Source: Chrysomallon squamiferum | Taxonomy: Eukaryota; Animalia; Mollusca | NCBI GenBank assembly: GCA_012295275.1 | Contig: CM022666.1 | Span: 310,001-374,000, forward strand | DNA length: 64,000 nucleotides | Reading direction: 5' to 3' | Shown: positions 16,011 through 63,550 of the stretch, in pieces | How the letters are laid out: every line of letters begins with the position of its first letter | Position numbering within the stretch: the stretch's first letter is position 1 | The notes under the pieces: generated by a model | What the model was told of the DNA's origin: nothing | The model's input: the letters and a program-made list of their open reading frames with translations, nothing else | Database searches by the model: none | Made by a program: the position numbers and the translations under genes

Positions 16011-16529
16011 TACTATTATTAAAAAGTTAAAGAAACAATTTTAACGGTAATATTTGTTTTTAGTTAAAATTTAGGTTAATTTATATGTTTTAACTTAGGA
16101 TGTCAAAGTGCGCGTGTTTATCTGTGTGTGTTTCGATGTGTTTAAAATATATTTCTTTGTCTTTCTTTGTCTTCTTTCTTCAGAGTGGAGAATCAAGAAG
16201 ATGGTAAGTAAACAAACACAAAACAAACAAACAAACAAACAAACAAAACTACTGTTACTGCTATTTTGTCTCCCCCCCCCCGATACTGCTGTTACAACTA
16301 CTAAAGCAGCAACAACAACTTCTACAATTGTTGCTGTTACGACTACCACTCCGACAACTATTACTGCTATTACTGTTATTAGTTTTTCGGCTAATAGTAC
16401 ATTACTATGACTGCTATGAAAATAATAATAATACGAATAATAATTAAAATGTTCTAAATTTTATATAGTCTCTTGGTTTCTTAACCAATTTTGCCAAAAA
16501 TAAATTTTTCGTTTCTTTAATTATTCAAA

Positions 16530-16575
<46 letters not shown>

Positions 16576-17142
16576 TTGTTTTAAAAATTATGATTTTTTC
16601 TTTTATATTATTTTCCACATGAAGCTGAAAAACCGTAAGTTTTTTACTATTTCTTTAATTTTTTCCTAATAATTTTTGGGTTATCCATTAAAATCAAATT
16701 AACATAATCTGTAGAAGAAAGTGTTTATAAGACCATGAAGGAACTAACTGGTTTACTGTGTTAAAATATCAGATTTATCCTGCGAATGTCAGAATGTCAA
16801 ATGCAGTGAGGCACTGCCGAGCTGCCTTCGACATTCGACTGAGCAACATTAAGTTAATATCATAAGACATTGAGCACGAAATAATATAAAAACTCAACTC
16901 ACCACTCTCAAGTGCAGTAGATTCATTCTGATTTGTTGTCGCGTGACAAAAAATATAAATACAAAAAAATATTTTTGAAATTCTGTTATTATTTTAAATG
17001 AAAATAGTCTTCAAAACGGTCGTTTAAGTTCTAAACCAATTTTATCATCATTTCTTCCCATAACATTCAGTGATTGCTGAATGAATGTACATACATACAA
17101 TACATTATGTTAATTTGCTTTATTTTTGTTATAGTAATGATA

Positions 17143-17224
<82 letters not shown>

Positions 17225-17729
17225 AAAGTTAAAGAAACAGTTTTAACGGTAATATTTGTTTTTAGTTAAAATTTAGGTTAATTTATATGTTTTAACTTTG
17301 GATGTCAAAGTGCGCGTGTTTATCTGTGTGTGTTTCGATGTGTTTAAAATATATTTCTTTGTCTTTCTTTGTCTTCTTTCTTCAGAGTGGAGAATCTAGA
17401 AGATGGTAAGTAAACAAACACAAAACAAACAAACAAACAAACAAACAAACAAAACTACTATTACTGCTATTTTGTCTCCCCCCCCCCGATACTGCTGCTA
17501 CAACTACTAAAGCAGCAACAACAACTTCTACAATTGTTGCTGTTACGACTACCACATCGACAACTATTACTGTTATTAGTTTTTCGGCTAATAGTACATT
17601 ACTATGACTGCTATGAAAATAATAATAATAATAATAATAATTAAAATGTTCTAAATTTTTTATAGTCTCTTGGTTTCTTAACCAATTTTGCCAAAAATAA
17701 ATTTTTCGTTTCTTTAATTATAAAATATA

Positions 17730-17775
<46 letters not shown>

Positions 17776-18408
17776 TTTGTTTTAAAAATTATGAATTTTT
17801 GTTTTTATATTTATTTTCCAGAAGAAGCTGTAAAACCGTAAGTAATTTACTATTTCTTTAATTGTTTCCTAATAATTTTTGGGTTATCCATTAAAATCAA
17901 ATTAACATAATCTGTAGAAGAAAGTGTTTATAAGACTATGAAGGAACTAACTGGTTTACTGTGTTAGAATATCAGATTTATCCTGCGAATGTTATTATTA
18001 TTATTAAAAAGTTAAATAAACAATTTTAACGGTAATATTTGTTTTTAGTTAAAATTTAGGTTAATTTATATGTTTTAACTTTGGATGTTAAAGTGCGAGT
18101 GTTTATCTGTGTGTTTCGATGTGTTTAACATTTTTGTCTTTCTTTGTCTTCTTTCATCAGAATGGAGAATCAGGAAGATGGTAAGTAAGCAAACACAAAA
18201 CAAACAAACAAACAAACAAACACAAAACAAACAAACACATTTAAAACACATTTACAACCTTTATTCACATCCATTACACAAAAACCCACAGCAAACATAA
18301 ACGATGTTAGTTGGGCATTGCTGAAATACAATAGCAATTATATCGAGGTTATACATAAACATACGCATTTTTATTTAATTGTTTATAAATTGTATTATGT
18401 TATTCTAC

Positions 18409-18456
<48 letters not shown>

Positions 18457-18521
18457 TCTTCTTCTTCTTTTTCTTTTTTTAAACAGAAGCAGTAAAGCCA
18501 ATAACGCTGAAGTCGCCGTAG
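828..18521 (+). CDS. Gene A: multi-exon type-I membrane protein, signal peptide + 5 Ig-like domains + TM + micro-exon-built acidic tail (~840 aa)
   Basis: Manual exon chain with GT-AG boundaries; total 2523 nt (multiple of 3, no internal stop) when the dead exon at 16619 and one of the 16184/17386 exons are omitted; stop TAG 18519-18521; AATAAA at 18711. Confidence 0.85.
1675..2023 (+). mobile_element. Decayed Tc1-family transposase N-terminal fragment in gene A intron 1
   Basis: Frameshifted pieces MGRCPGLTENQRREAVGRVNA, GSRSGRPRLTTPRD and TVRTRLHAAGLQTRRPVVDVPLTARHIQQRL resemble the Tc1 paired HTH region with GRPR linker; no DDE domain, no clear TIR pair. Confidence 0.75.
2520..2915 (+). 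CDS. Gene A Ig-like domain 1 exon
   Basis: ttatag acceptor, A|gtaagc donor, 396 nt phase 1/1; VTIRC ... DEGYYLC. Confidence 0.9.
3177..3206 (+). CDS. Gene A linker micro-exon 1 (SATLPKKKIV)
   Basis: ttacag / gtttgt, 30 nt, phase 1/1, open. Confidence 0.75.
   Translation: MLHYRRKKL
4029..4424 (+). CDS. Gene A Ig-like domain 2 exon
   Basis: gcttag acceptor (in-frame alternative 6 nt downstream), A|gtaagt donor, 396 nt; LSVMC ... YAGIYIC. Confidence 0.9.
5172..7040. repeat. 26-bp minisatellite (TCAGATTAGACTGTAATCCTTTCCCC), about 70 copies
   Basis: Directly visible tandem array with variant units; no spacers. Confidence 0.95.
7287..7316 (+). CDS. Gene A linker micro-exon 2 (STKNPISTTR)
   Basis: taacag / gtattt, 30 nt, phase 1/1. 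Confidence 0.75.
7899..8294 (+). CDS. Gene A Ig-like domain 3 exon
   Basis: gttcag / A|gtaagt, 396 nt; MTIRC ... SAQYLCHC. Confidence 0.9.
8811..8840 (+). CDS. Gene A linker micro-exon 3 (KGKEPYPESL)
   Basis: ttacag / gtttgt, 30 nt, phase 1/1. Confidence 0.75.
   Translation, partial: RAKNRILKV
9638..10036 (+). CDS. Gene A Ig-like domain 4 exon
   Basis: gtttag / A|gtaagt, 399 nt; LTITPNLVYEG..VRC ... DGEVFLC. Confidence 0.9.
10374..10406 (+). CDS. Gene A linker micro-exon 4 (KIESLHTKTFE)
   Basis: ttacag / T|gtatgt, 33 nt; same length and donor as gene B linker 4. Confidence 0.75.
11238..11410 (-). mobile_element. Mariner transposon 3' end remnant
   Basis: Minus strand reads RGIEKLVDRCEEVVNNNREYIID* (mariner C-terminal GIxKLxxRWxxVVxxxGxY-like), followed by TIR-like TA-TTGGGCTGAGGAATAAGTCACTGCGGTT at 11238-11267. 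Confidence 0.7.
11802..12194 (+). CDS. Gene A Ig-like domain 5 exon
   Basis: long pyrimidine tract + ctag, G|gtaact, 393 nt; VSFRC ... DSGKYGC. Confidence 0.9.
12433..12462 (+). CDS. Gene A linker micro-exon 5 (DLFLIRQSSS)
   Basis: ttacag / gtgtgt, 30 nt; parallels gene B DKYIVVQSNP. Confidence 0.7.
12944..13072 (+). CDS. Gene A transmembrane exon
   Basis: EPDS-LVIPVVVVVVFFLLAVALLA-KWYRR stop-transfer; caatag acceptor, A|gtatta donor. Confidence 0.85.
13516..18521 (+). CDS. Gene A cytoplasmic micro-exon array and terminal exon
   Basis: Exons 13516-13531(16), 13843-13859(17), 14341-14356(16), 14661-14680(20), 15026-15041(16), 15345-15364(20), 15653-15668(16), 16184-16203(20), 17386-17405(20), 17822-17837(16), 18161-18180(20), terminal 18487-18521; AG/GTAAGT-type sites; encode EEAVKPVENQED-like 12-aa units. 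Confidence 0.75.
15548..18235. repeat. Recent tandem triplication (about 1-1.2 kb units) of a micro-exon pair with introns
   Basis: Near-identical intron blocks starting about 15548, 16501 and 17698. Confidence 0.85.
16619..16634 (+). pseudogene. Dead 16-nt micro-exon copy (acceptor AG mutated to AC)
   Basis: ttttccAC|atgaagctgaaaaacc|gtaagt versus ttttccAG|aagaagctgtaaaacc|gtaagt in sister copies. Confidence 0.75.
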
Positions 18522-18829
18522 TGAAAACAAATTGTTGATTGAAAGAATCACTCACAAACTCTCAGAAGAAAATGACTTAAAACTGATCACTTAATTTGTG
18601 TAGCAGTTAGATATTTATTTATTTATTTATTTAATAATTTTATTTTAATTTTGTTTTATATATATATGTATATATACAATTATATACAAAAAGAAAAAGA
18701 AAATTATAATAATAAAGGAAATTCATTCGATGCTTGGTTGGTTCTTCATCGAAATTTTTAAAGCATGTTATGTTATTACTGTTGTTGTTTGTTTTTTGTA
18801 TTACTCTTCTTATTATTATTATTTTTCTT

Positions 18830-18860
<31 letters not shown>

Positions 18861-19140
18861 TTATTATTATTTTATTTATTTTTTTTTTCGTCTTTCTTTC
18901 TACTGTATGTTATTTTATTTTATTTTATTTCATTTTATTTTATTATTATTTTTCTTTATATATATACTCGCACTGTGACGTACACATATATAGATAAAAT
19001 GTCTTTATTTATTTATTTATTTATTCATTCATTTACTATATTTTGTAATACGGTTTTGTTTATTTTGGCTGCATTAATTTTAACCATTGATGGTAAAAGA
19101 TTTTTGCACATTCTCTATGAAAGTCAAGGCTGAACATTTA

Positions 19141-19190
19141 ATTACGTAATATCCGGGCGACTACAATTAATACATGACGTAACTGTTTGA
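19141..19190 (+). promoter_or_regulatory. bZIP-like sites upstream of gene B
   Basis: Palindrome ATTACGTAAT 19141-19150 and ATGACGTAACTGTTTGA 19174-19190, 75 nt before the ATG. Confidence 0.5.
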
Positions 19191-19248
19191 AATGACAGAA
19201 GATGTCTCATGAAATGAACTTTGTATGAGATCGATACGTTTATTTACA

Positions 19249-38620
<19,372 letters not shown>

Positions 38621-38841
38621 CACGCAGACATCTTACAGAAGGTATTTGTTTGTTTATTTATTTATTTATTTATTTACTGAGTAATTTTATTCGGCTCTCA
38701 ATGATTTATAGTGACTTCCGACAAGTAAGTGTATTTGTTTTGTTTTTGTTTATTTTATTTCATGATGTAATGAAAAAAAAAAAAAAATGAAAAAAATTAA
38801 AATATAAATAATTTAAAGAAAAGATAATCCAATATAAATAT

Positions 38842-38906
<65 letters not shown>

Positions 38907-38934
38907 AAGATAGATAGATAGTTAGATACATAGA

Positions 38935-38966
<32 letters not shown>

Positions 38967-40558
38967 GAAAGTAAACGGTGGATAGTTACATATAGCTATA
39001 GAGAAAGACAGTACGTCAGGCAGATAGACAGATGTCCTGCCATCACTAATCACAGTGGAAAGATATGACGATTAGAACAAATTCTGTATTTTGGGCACTG
39101 GCAGAAAATACTGGTTTTAGAAACGGAACAAGATTTACTTCGATATATTACTGCACCTTCGCGGGATATCTTAAGACAGTAACTAATTTTATATATAATA
39201 TGGGTAAAAACGTATCACGATATATCACTTTTACCACATGAAATATTAAGCGTAATTCAATCCACTGAATTTTACTTATTGCGCTTATTCATACAACTTC
39301 CCTAAACTGTGAATTTATAAATACACGCTTCATTTTCTTATTTAATTTGCTTCTTAGTGCTTATTTATGTGTATTTGTCTTTGTTTATTTATTTACTTGT
39401 TTATTTACAGACGGGCTGGCTTGTCCTGTGTTAGCTGAAACATTCAAGTTGTCTGTCAAAAGCCTCGCTAGAAATTACTAGATTGTTCTTCATATGTGTT
39501 TTTGCAATTGTTAGTATTATCTGCTAGGCAATGAATTTTCTTAATTTGTTTTGTTGTTGATGCGACAGTTCATTGCTTTTTGTGAGGAGTTTAATGACAA
39601 ACACGCAAACCTCCCTACACAGGCATCTAAACGCACAAAAAGACAAAAACAAAAACAAAAAACAAAAACATATATGTATATTGTTTTCCTTCCAGAGTTT
39701 AATTAAGTGATGAAGAATAATTTTGATGTCCACAGTATTTCGGTATATTTATTTGTTAAGAAATTAGATTTGTTTGTTTGATTGTTTTTTTACATTTTGT
39801 AATATAGATAAATTCTATAATAATCCACAAATTTAATGACTATAATAAAAATAAAAAGACTTACTTAGTGTTTTTATTTTATCTATTTTTATTTATAGCA
39901 GTATTAGTATTAGTAGTAATAATAGTAGTAGTTGTAAGTAGTAGTAGTGGTAGTAGTAGTAGTAGTTGTTGTTGTAGTAGTAGCAGCAGCATCCACACGA
40001 GTTTGAACATGAATTACAAATGTTTGTATAAGACATGTTAGTCAAGTAAGAAAGGGTAGAAAAAAGATGCTCTTGTTGTGTAATCTTTTCTTCAGGCAGC
40101 AAAGGAGAAAGTGGGGCACAAAACATTAATTATAAAATTGTTAGTTAAACTAGAAAAAGATTATTCGTGGGTTTTATTGTTTGGGGATTGTGCGATCATT
40201 TTAAAACAAAAGTGTTAGGAGGACTGACACGTATGGACATAACAAGAAAGGTACAACAAATACTGACATGATTAAACTGGACGTCGATTTAACATGCTCC
40301 TTACTCGCGTTACCTGAAACTACTGACTGAAGTTGAATATGAACAAATATTATATTTGTTGCTGTATATTTTCTTTACCAATAACCATGCAAAAAGAGAA
40401 CATCGTTTGCAAACATTCTATTTCTTTGTAAATGTTCTTGCTTCCTTTAAGGTATTTTTTATGCGTATGCAACTGTCAAATATCTATTTGCCTATGCACG
40501 TTAAAAAATAAATAAATAAATAAATAAATAAATAACTAATAATAATAATAACAATAAA

Positions 40559-40608
<50 letters not shown>

Positions 40609-41344
40609 ATATTGCAATATTACTGTTAAAATGATTGGTTGAAAACCTTCAGTATGTCACGATGCTCTGACAACATAACATATATTAATAATGTTGTGTT
40701 TGACTGGTTATGTTCAGTAAGTAAAATCTGTTGTGTTTGTAACATTGTGTCAGAAACAAGGAAAGAAAAAGATAATGATTGCGATATTAATAAACAATCG
40801 TGTAACCTCTTATCACTGAAGAATACGTATTATAACAATTAAAAGATTTTTCTTTATTAACGTTTTTTATTTCAGTTTTTTTTAAAAGAAAACATCTAAA
40901 AATAAATAAAAAATAGAAAAGTTAAGTAGAAGTAGTAGTAATAAAATACTAGTAACAGATAGAAGTAGCAGTGGTACTAGTAGAAGTAGTATAATTATAG
41001 TGCAAATAATAGCAATATCAATACAAATATTATCAATGATTACACTATTTGCATTTGTGTGCATGTTTCAAATTCACCAAATATAAAGAGATAAACACAC
41101 AAGACCCGAGTGATAAATAAATAAATAAATAAATAAATAAAATAATTTAAAAGCTTATAATAATAAAATTAGATAAGTAATAATTATTATATTAAATTAG
41201 ATGCAAAATAAAATGTTCTCTGTTTTAAAGTAACAGTTTGAATAATGATAATAATAATAATAACAACAATAATATCAACAACATTGATAACAGTAGTAAA
41301 TGCAAATTAAAAACTAAAATATTTGTAGTCATTTTTCGTTTCAC

Positions 41345-57493
<16,149 letters not shown>

Positions 57494-57545
57494 TGTCATA
57501 TGATGCCTCGACGTTCTAAATCTCTATAGCATCTTACGCACGCGG

Positions 57546-57562
57546 TCAAACCATTACGTCAT
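57546..57562 (-). promoter_or_regulatory. Conserved upstream motif of gene C (ATGACGTAATGGTTTGA)
   Basis: 69 nt before the ATG; matches motifs at -74 (A) and -75 (B). Confidence 0.5.
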
Positions 57563-58320
57563 TACGTTTCGTTAATTTGAGCAATATTTTTAGACAAACG
57601 TTTTCATTTTGAAGAGCCAAATAACAGCAGACATGACGTATTCACCTCCGATAACATTTATTTACATTTTTAAACTTGCAACGATACAATATAAACGTGA
57701 CCCTTCCACACAAAATACGAAACTATGTCAGTTAAGCTTCAACGTATGGCGATGGTAAATTTTTAGTAAACAAACCCCGCCATTAGATCTTCACGTAAAT
57801 ACCAGTAATTAAAAATTAAAACAAAATTTTGGTGAATTCAAGTTGTGCAAAAGGATTTAATTTTTATCAGGAACAAAAAGAACATATTTAAAATTTTATT
57901 TTGCAGACATCTGCTGGCTGTGAATCACGATATGATTTAAAACAAACTCAGATACGCACACTTGTATACACACAAACAAAACACTGCCGAGTCAATAACA
58001 CTGATTTATCAGCTGTCAGCTTCAGAACTGATTCAAAGAAAATTAATTTTATTCAACGGTTTGAATCTGACACCGTTAAATCAGTGTTGTAGTCAAAAAC
58101 ATGAAAATGATATTTGTATTTGCGTTTTTGTTTTAATATGAGATGAATTAACCGATGACATAATGACGTCATTTCCAGTTTGTTCAGACACAAGTTAGTG
58201 ATGAAAATTAATATTCATATCACCTTAAATCGTAGATGTTTAACTTGTATGGCAATTTTCAGTTCAAAAATTTATGTACAATAGAAAGAAAAAAAATAAA
58301 CTTCAAAATAAAACTTACTC

Positions 58321-58367
<47 letters not shown>

Positions 58368-60215
58368 TTAAAAAATAATAATAAATAAAATAAAAGTTTG
58401 ATAAACAGATGAAAAGACTTGAAACAAAAAATAAAATATTTCCATACATCGACTGGATGTACATACAAGTCAATAAAATTCATTAATATACGACAAAACA
58501 TGTGCAATGAAATTGTTTATTTCTCACAAAAAACATCTTATATTCAAACGAACAGAAACAAAAAAAATAAATAAATAAATAAATAATACATAATGAGTGA
58601 AATAATAAGCAAACAGAAACAAATTATATATATAATTGTTTATAATTATAGCTGGCATCTAGTAGTGTAATAATATTAGAGTGGAATGAAGGCCTCACAA
58701 TTTTTGGATAATTTTTTTAGAAATTAAACACACACAGGATGACAGGTTATTTATCTATTCATGATAGCTGTGTAAATAAGTGAATTCTGGAAGCATAAAC
58801 AGTGAACAAAATTTTACATTTTTAATAATAAGAAGAAGAGGTAGAAGAAGAAACACTAGAACAAGAATAAATAAAATAAAACAAAATAAAATAAAATAAA
58901 TAAAATAAAGTGAATAAAATAAAAATAAAAATAAAATACTGAAAAAAAAAGAAGTATATTAAAGAATATACATGTTATTATAATTAAGTTACAGAAAGCA
59001 TAAAAAAAGGTGCAGTGTGCAAATACCCGTAACAAAGATTTGAACCACTGTACCTGTGCTAGAGATTCTGCACTAATTATTTTTTAATTTTACTTTTAAA
59101 CTTAATTACACATTTCATTTAACAAGGAATAGATTAACTGGAATAACAAAAAATATATATATATATTTTTTAACAAAATAAAAAAATAAAAATTTATCCT
59201 TGCACAAAATTATTTACAATTTGATTCTTTTAGTGGTTTTAAAAATAATAAAATTAATAATAATAATTTTTGTAACAATAATTAAATAAAGTTTCAATTA
59301 AATATTAATTTTATGAAAAAAAAAAAAAAAAAAAAAACCCCAGGAAATTGAATCATTGATGTAATATTAAATCAACTAAACATGTGATTAATTTTTGTAC
59401 ATACGTAAGGTTTTTTAAATTACAGAATAGTTTATAAGCTAATTTTTTGTGTACATGTATTAGAATGTTAATCTGCATTACATCTGGGCAATTTTACAAA
59501 AAATGTATTTGCACTGCAAATGGGTGAGATGTACCTGACTGGGGTATATTTGTGGGGATGTATGTGGGGTTTTGTTGTGGAGATTGGAATAATGAAAAAA
59601 AGGTAGACAGAAAGACTGAATAGCTATGTTTAAGTTACAACAAAGTGAAAATATTCTTTACTTTCATTTTGAAATAATAATACTTAACTGTGTTTTCTAA
59701 GTTTTAAAATCAGTATGTTAGTTTGACAAATCATTCAGAGTGAGAAACCAGCTTTACTTTCATCTAAAAACATGTAAATATACAATTCTTAATTATCTTC
59801 TTTACAACCCATAACCAATAAACTATAAAACATGATGATTTTGTGAAACAAATATTTGAAACAGAAATCTGAAGCATAATAAAGAATATTTCATTTCAGT
59901 TACAAAAAATTCTTAATGGTAAATTTCAATGAAAATAAACTAACGGCTGTTTCTGATTATTTAAATTATGTGAGAATTTCTTGAATATCAAACTGATGTA
60001 CATAATTTACACACACACACACACACACACAAAGATATTTAATAATAACAGTTGTAGTAGTTTCTACAAGACAAACCACTGAAAGACAGTAAATGGCATT
60101 CTGGTACATGTTTTTGTTTTTAAATAAAGATTAAGTAGTAAATTGTACTGTATTTTCAACAGTAACGTTTTAAGCCATAAGTCAGTATTATGCTGATTGG
60201 CCTGGTTCTAATTAT

Positions 60216-60299
<84 letters not shown>

Positions 60300-61669
60300 T
60301 AACAGGAAAAAAGAAATGTAATTTTGAACAGGAGTTTGTAGAAACCCAAAATGGATTATCACCCATTAATTATGCAAAGATATTGCAAGTAAGCCAGCTT
60401 TGTTAGATTAAGCATGAGAACATACAAAGATACTAGTTTTTAATTATCATGTGAAAATGAATTCACTCACCAGTTTACATTCTGTGAATATAAATAAAAA
60501 AAAAAGTAAAATATTTCCTACAATATAAAGATTTAAAAAAAAAATATTCAGTTTCAAAAGATAACCTCATACTGAACTATCAACACATACTAAGTGTTTA
60601 AAAAAAAAAAAAAAAAAAAAAAAAATAAATAAATAAATAAAAGCTAATAATAAAAGAAAATAAAAACACACAGAAAGCTGAACAAAGATAACATTTAAAA
60701 TTACTGACAGGACACAAATCTGAAATAATATTACTTTAAAAAAAAGTATTTTGTCTCAACATGAAAGTGTATTGAAAAAAACTGTAAACAGTGTTTCAGT
60801 GAGATAATAATAATATTAGTAGTAGTAGAAGTAGTAGTAATAGTAGTAGTAGCAATAGTAGTAGTAGTAGTAATAGTAGTAGTAGTAATAAAAGCAGACT
60901 TAATAATAATAGTTGTAGTATCAACAGAAGTAATAGTAGTAGTGGTAGTAGTAATAGTGGCAGTAGCAGTTGTTGTAGTAGTTGTAATAATCATAACAAC
61001 AACAACAACAATAATAAACTACCACTAATAACAAGATGACATTTTGTTCACTGGCTGCCAGAAGAGAGAAAAAACAAAAACTGATACCTAGGTTACGAGA
61101 AATATTCTGTACACAGGTTTAATAATTAAACATTTGAAAAATACATATTTACATACTGCATTAACAGTGGAAATCACAGAGAAAGGTTATTGTTTTTTTA
61201 ATGAACATTCACAAAGCTTGAAACTGAAACTGACAATCCATTTTGCAAAATGTTTGATCAGACTTTGCCAGAACTGTGAAAATGTCTGCTGCTGGAATGG
61301 TATTATTACCTACAGACTTCAACTTTTTTTAATTTGTTTTACTTACATTAATATATGATGGTATAAGCTTTGAGACCGAAAGAGTATTTCAGCCAATAAA
61401 TAATGAATGCAGATAGACAAAAACAAAGATATTTAAGCAAAAACAATGTATCAGTAATAATAACATTACAAAACTGAATTTGTTTTTTCAAAAACAATTA
61501 ATAGTTTTAAATTTTGGATTATATTTTTGGATAATGGATTGTCAACCAGTAACATCTGAACAAAACAACTATTTACAACACTTGTATTAAATTATATATA
61601 TATAAGCTGTTAGGAATTTTTATCTACATTTTTACCTAATCTTGTATCTGTCTGTCTATCTCTGTCACG

Positions 61670-61706
<37 letters not shown>

Positions 61707-61714
61707 TGTGTGTG

Positions 61715-61749
<35 letters not shown>

Positions 61750-63359
61750 ATATATGTATGTACACATCTGTATAATGTTTTTGTGCTTAACAGTAGCAAG
61801 ATCAAAGAATGTTTAAATCATCAACTTTGAAATGATGTAAACAACAAAGAAAAATAAAAATGACGGCCCTTCCTTGCCAACAACATGTCTTTAACTTCAT
61901 ATTTTTACTTGAACAAAATTAAGTCCTCACAATACAAGGACAAACTTCACACGGCAACTTCTTATCAAATTAATATTAATTAATTTATTTAATCAGTTGG
62001 GAGAATCTAACATGGTTTCATGTTGGAATGTGTGTAACTAAAACAATTAATTAGTGCTCTTAATTAGTAATAAATAACTACACTGGAAGGACGTTCATAC
62101 TGAATTATATTAACACAAATGTGTGTGAACGTGTGTGAATGTGTGTGAACATACAAACTTCAGTATGAACATCAGTCTGAAACAACAGTTTTAGAAAACA
62201 TCTGTGTTAACACAAATGTGTGTGAACTTGTGTGAACATGCTGAAGCTTGATGCCTTTCAATACAAAGAATTTTTGTTTTCCAGTATAAAAATAATCCTC
62301 ATTTTCTTAATCTTTACAAAAATAAACACTTTATAATGACAATTATAATGACTTTAAAAAATAAAAAATAGAAATAAATAATAATAATAATAATAACACT
62401 TACAATAACAATAAAAAGCAAAAAAAAAACATTTTAAGAAAATAAGAAAATGTTTGTGTATTTTACAAGGTATCAGATTATACCAATGTAAATGAAATCT
62501 GAGTACACTGGAAATGAAACATCAAAATGTCACATACACACATATATACAATTACATACATAATATAGTTACAATATGTATCTGACTTGGTCAAAACAAA
62601 AACCAAAAACAGAAGGCAGAAAGACAAAGTATTCGTGAAAGTCACAAGTTGAAAACTGATCAACACTTTTCATTTAACTTTATACACAGCTAGATTTAAA
62701 CACAGATTATGTTACATAAAGATATGTATACTAAAATAACATTTTAAAATTAAAACTTTTTTTTAGCACAAACTAAATATTTTACTTAATGTGAAAACTG
62801 TATTTCAAAGAGTTTAATTTAAGAACCAAATAAAAGTTACTTATACAGATATATATAAAGTTTAACATTACTATTTTACAAAGAAACCATCTATAGTTTC
62901 TGTGATGTTTAAAACTGTTGTTTTTTTTCCTTCTAAATTTAAAATATATTTAATACAGTTTTAATACACACACCTGGTCATAATACAGTCAAGGATGTTA
63001 TTAAATTATAAAGAAGTTAGATGTATGAAGCTGTTTAATATGAAAAGGCTAAAGATTTTGTTGGTGTTAAGAAAGGTATACTCTGACTAGATAAAACTGA
63101 TTGTTATGCAGCTTTGTAAAAGCGTATTGCACGTGTAACTGAAGACAGGAGACTGCAGATGAAAAAATAAATGTCAACATTTTCTATATTTAGAACAAAC
63201 TGAAATGACAGAGAAATACAGTAAAGACACAAGAGTAATCACATGAATGTTAATTACAACAATGGCAGATTGAACAACTATTTGTCATGAGAAAGTCAAT
63301 TATTTATCAATTTATACCAACTTGTAACACAAAGAATGTTCAAATACCAATATTCAGCC

Positions 63360-63550
63360 CATAGCAACCAATCAGATTTATTTCCTTGTATCATTCTGTC
63401 CACAGCAACCAATCAGATTTATCTACAGATATCATTCTGTCCACAGCAACCAATCAGATTTGTCTACAGATATCATTCTGCTCACAGCAACCAATCAGAT
63501 TTATCTACAGATATCATTCTGCTCACAGCAACCAATCAGATTTATCTTGT
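63360..63550. repeat. 41-bp tandem repeat x5 containing AACCAATCAG
   Basis: Units start 63360, 63401, 63442, 63483, 63524. Confidence 0.9.

Noticed and set aside
38712-38724. 13-nt AG/GTAAGT-bounded segment after gene B stop; similar weak candidate near 45297 (-)
   Set aside because: Not needed for frame and weak acceptor context; cannot be supported without transcripts.
60471-60481. Orphan 11-nt minus-strand micro-exon (cag|...|gtgagt)
   Set aside because: No partner exons or Ig/TM exons nearby; could be chance or belong to a gene outside the window.
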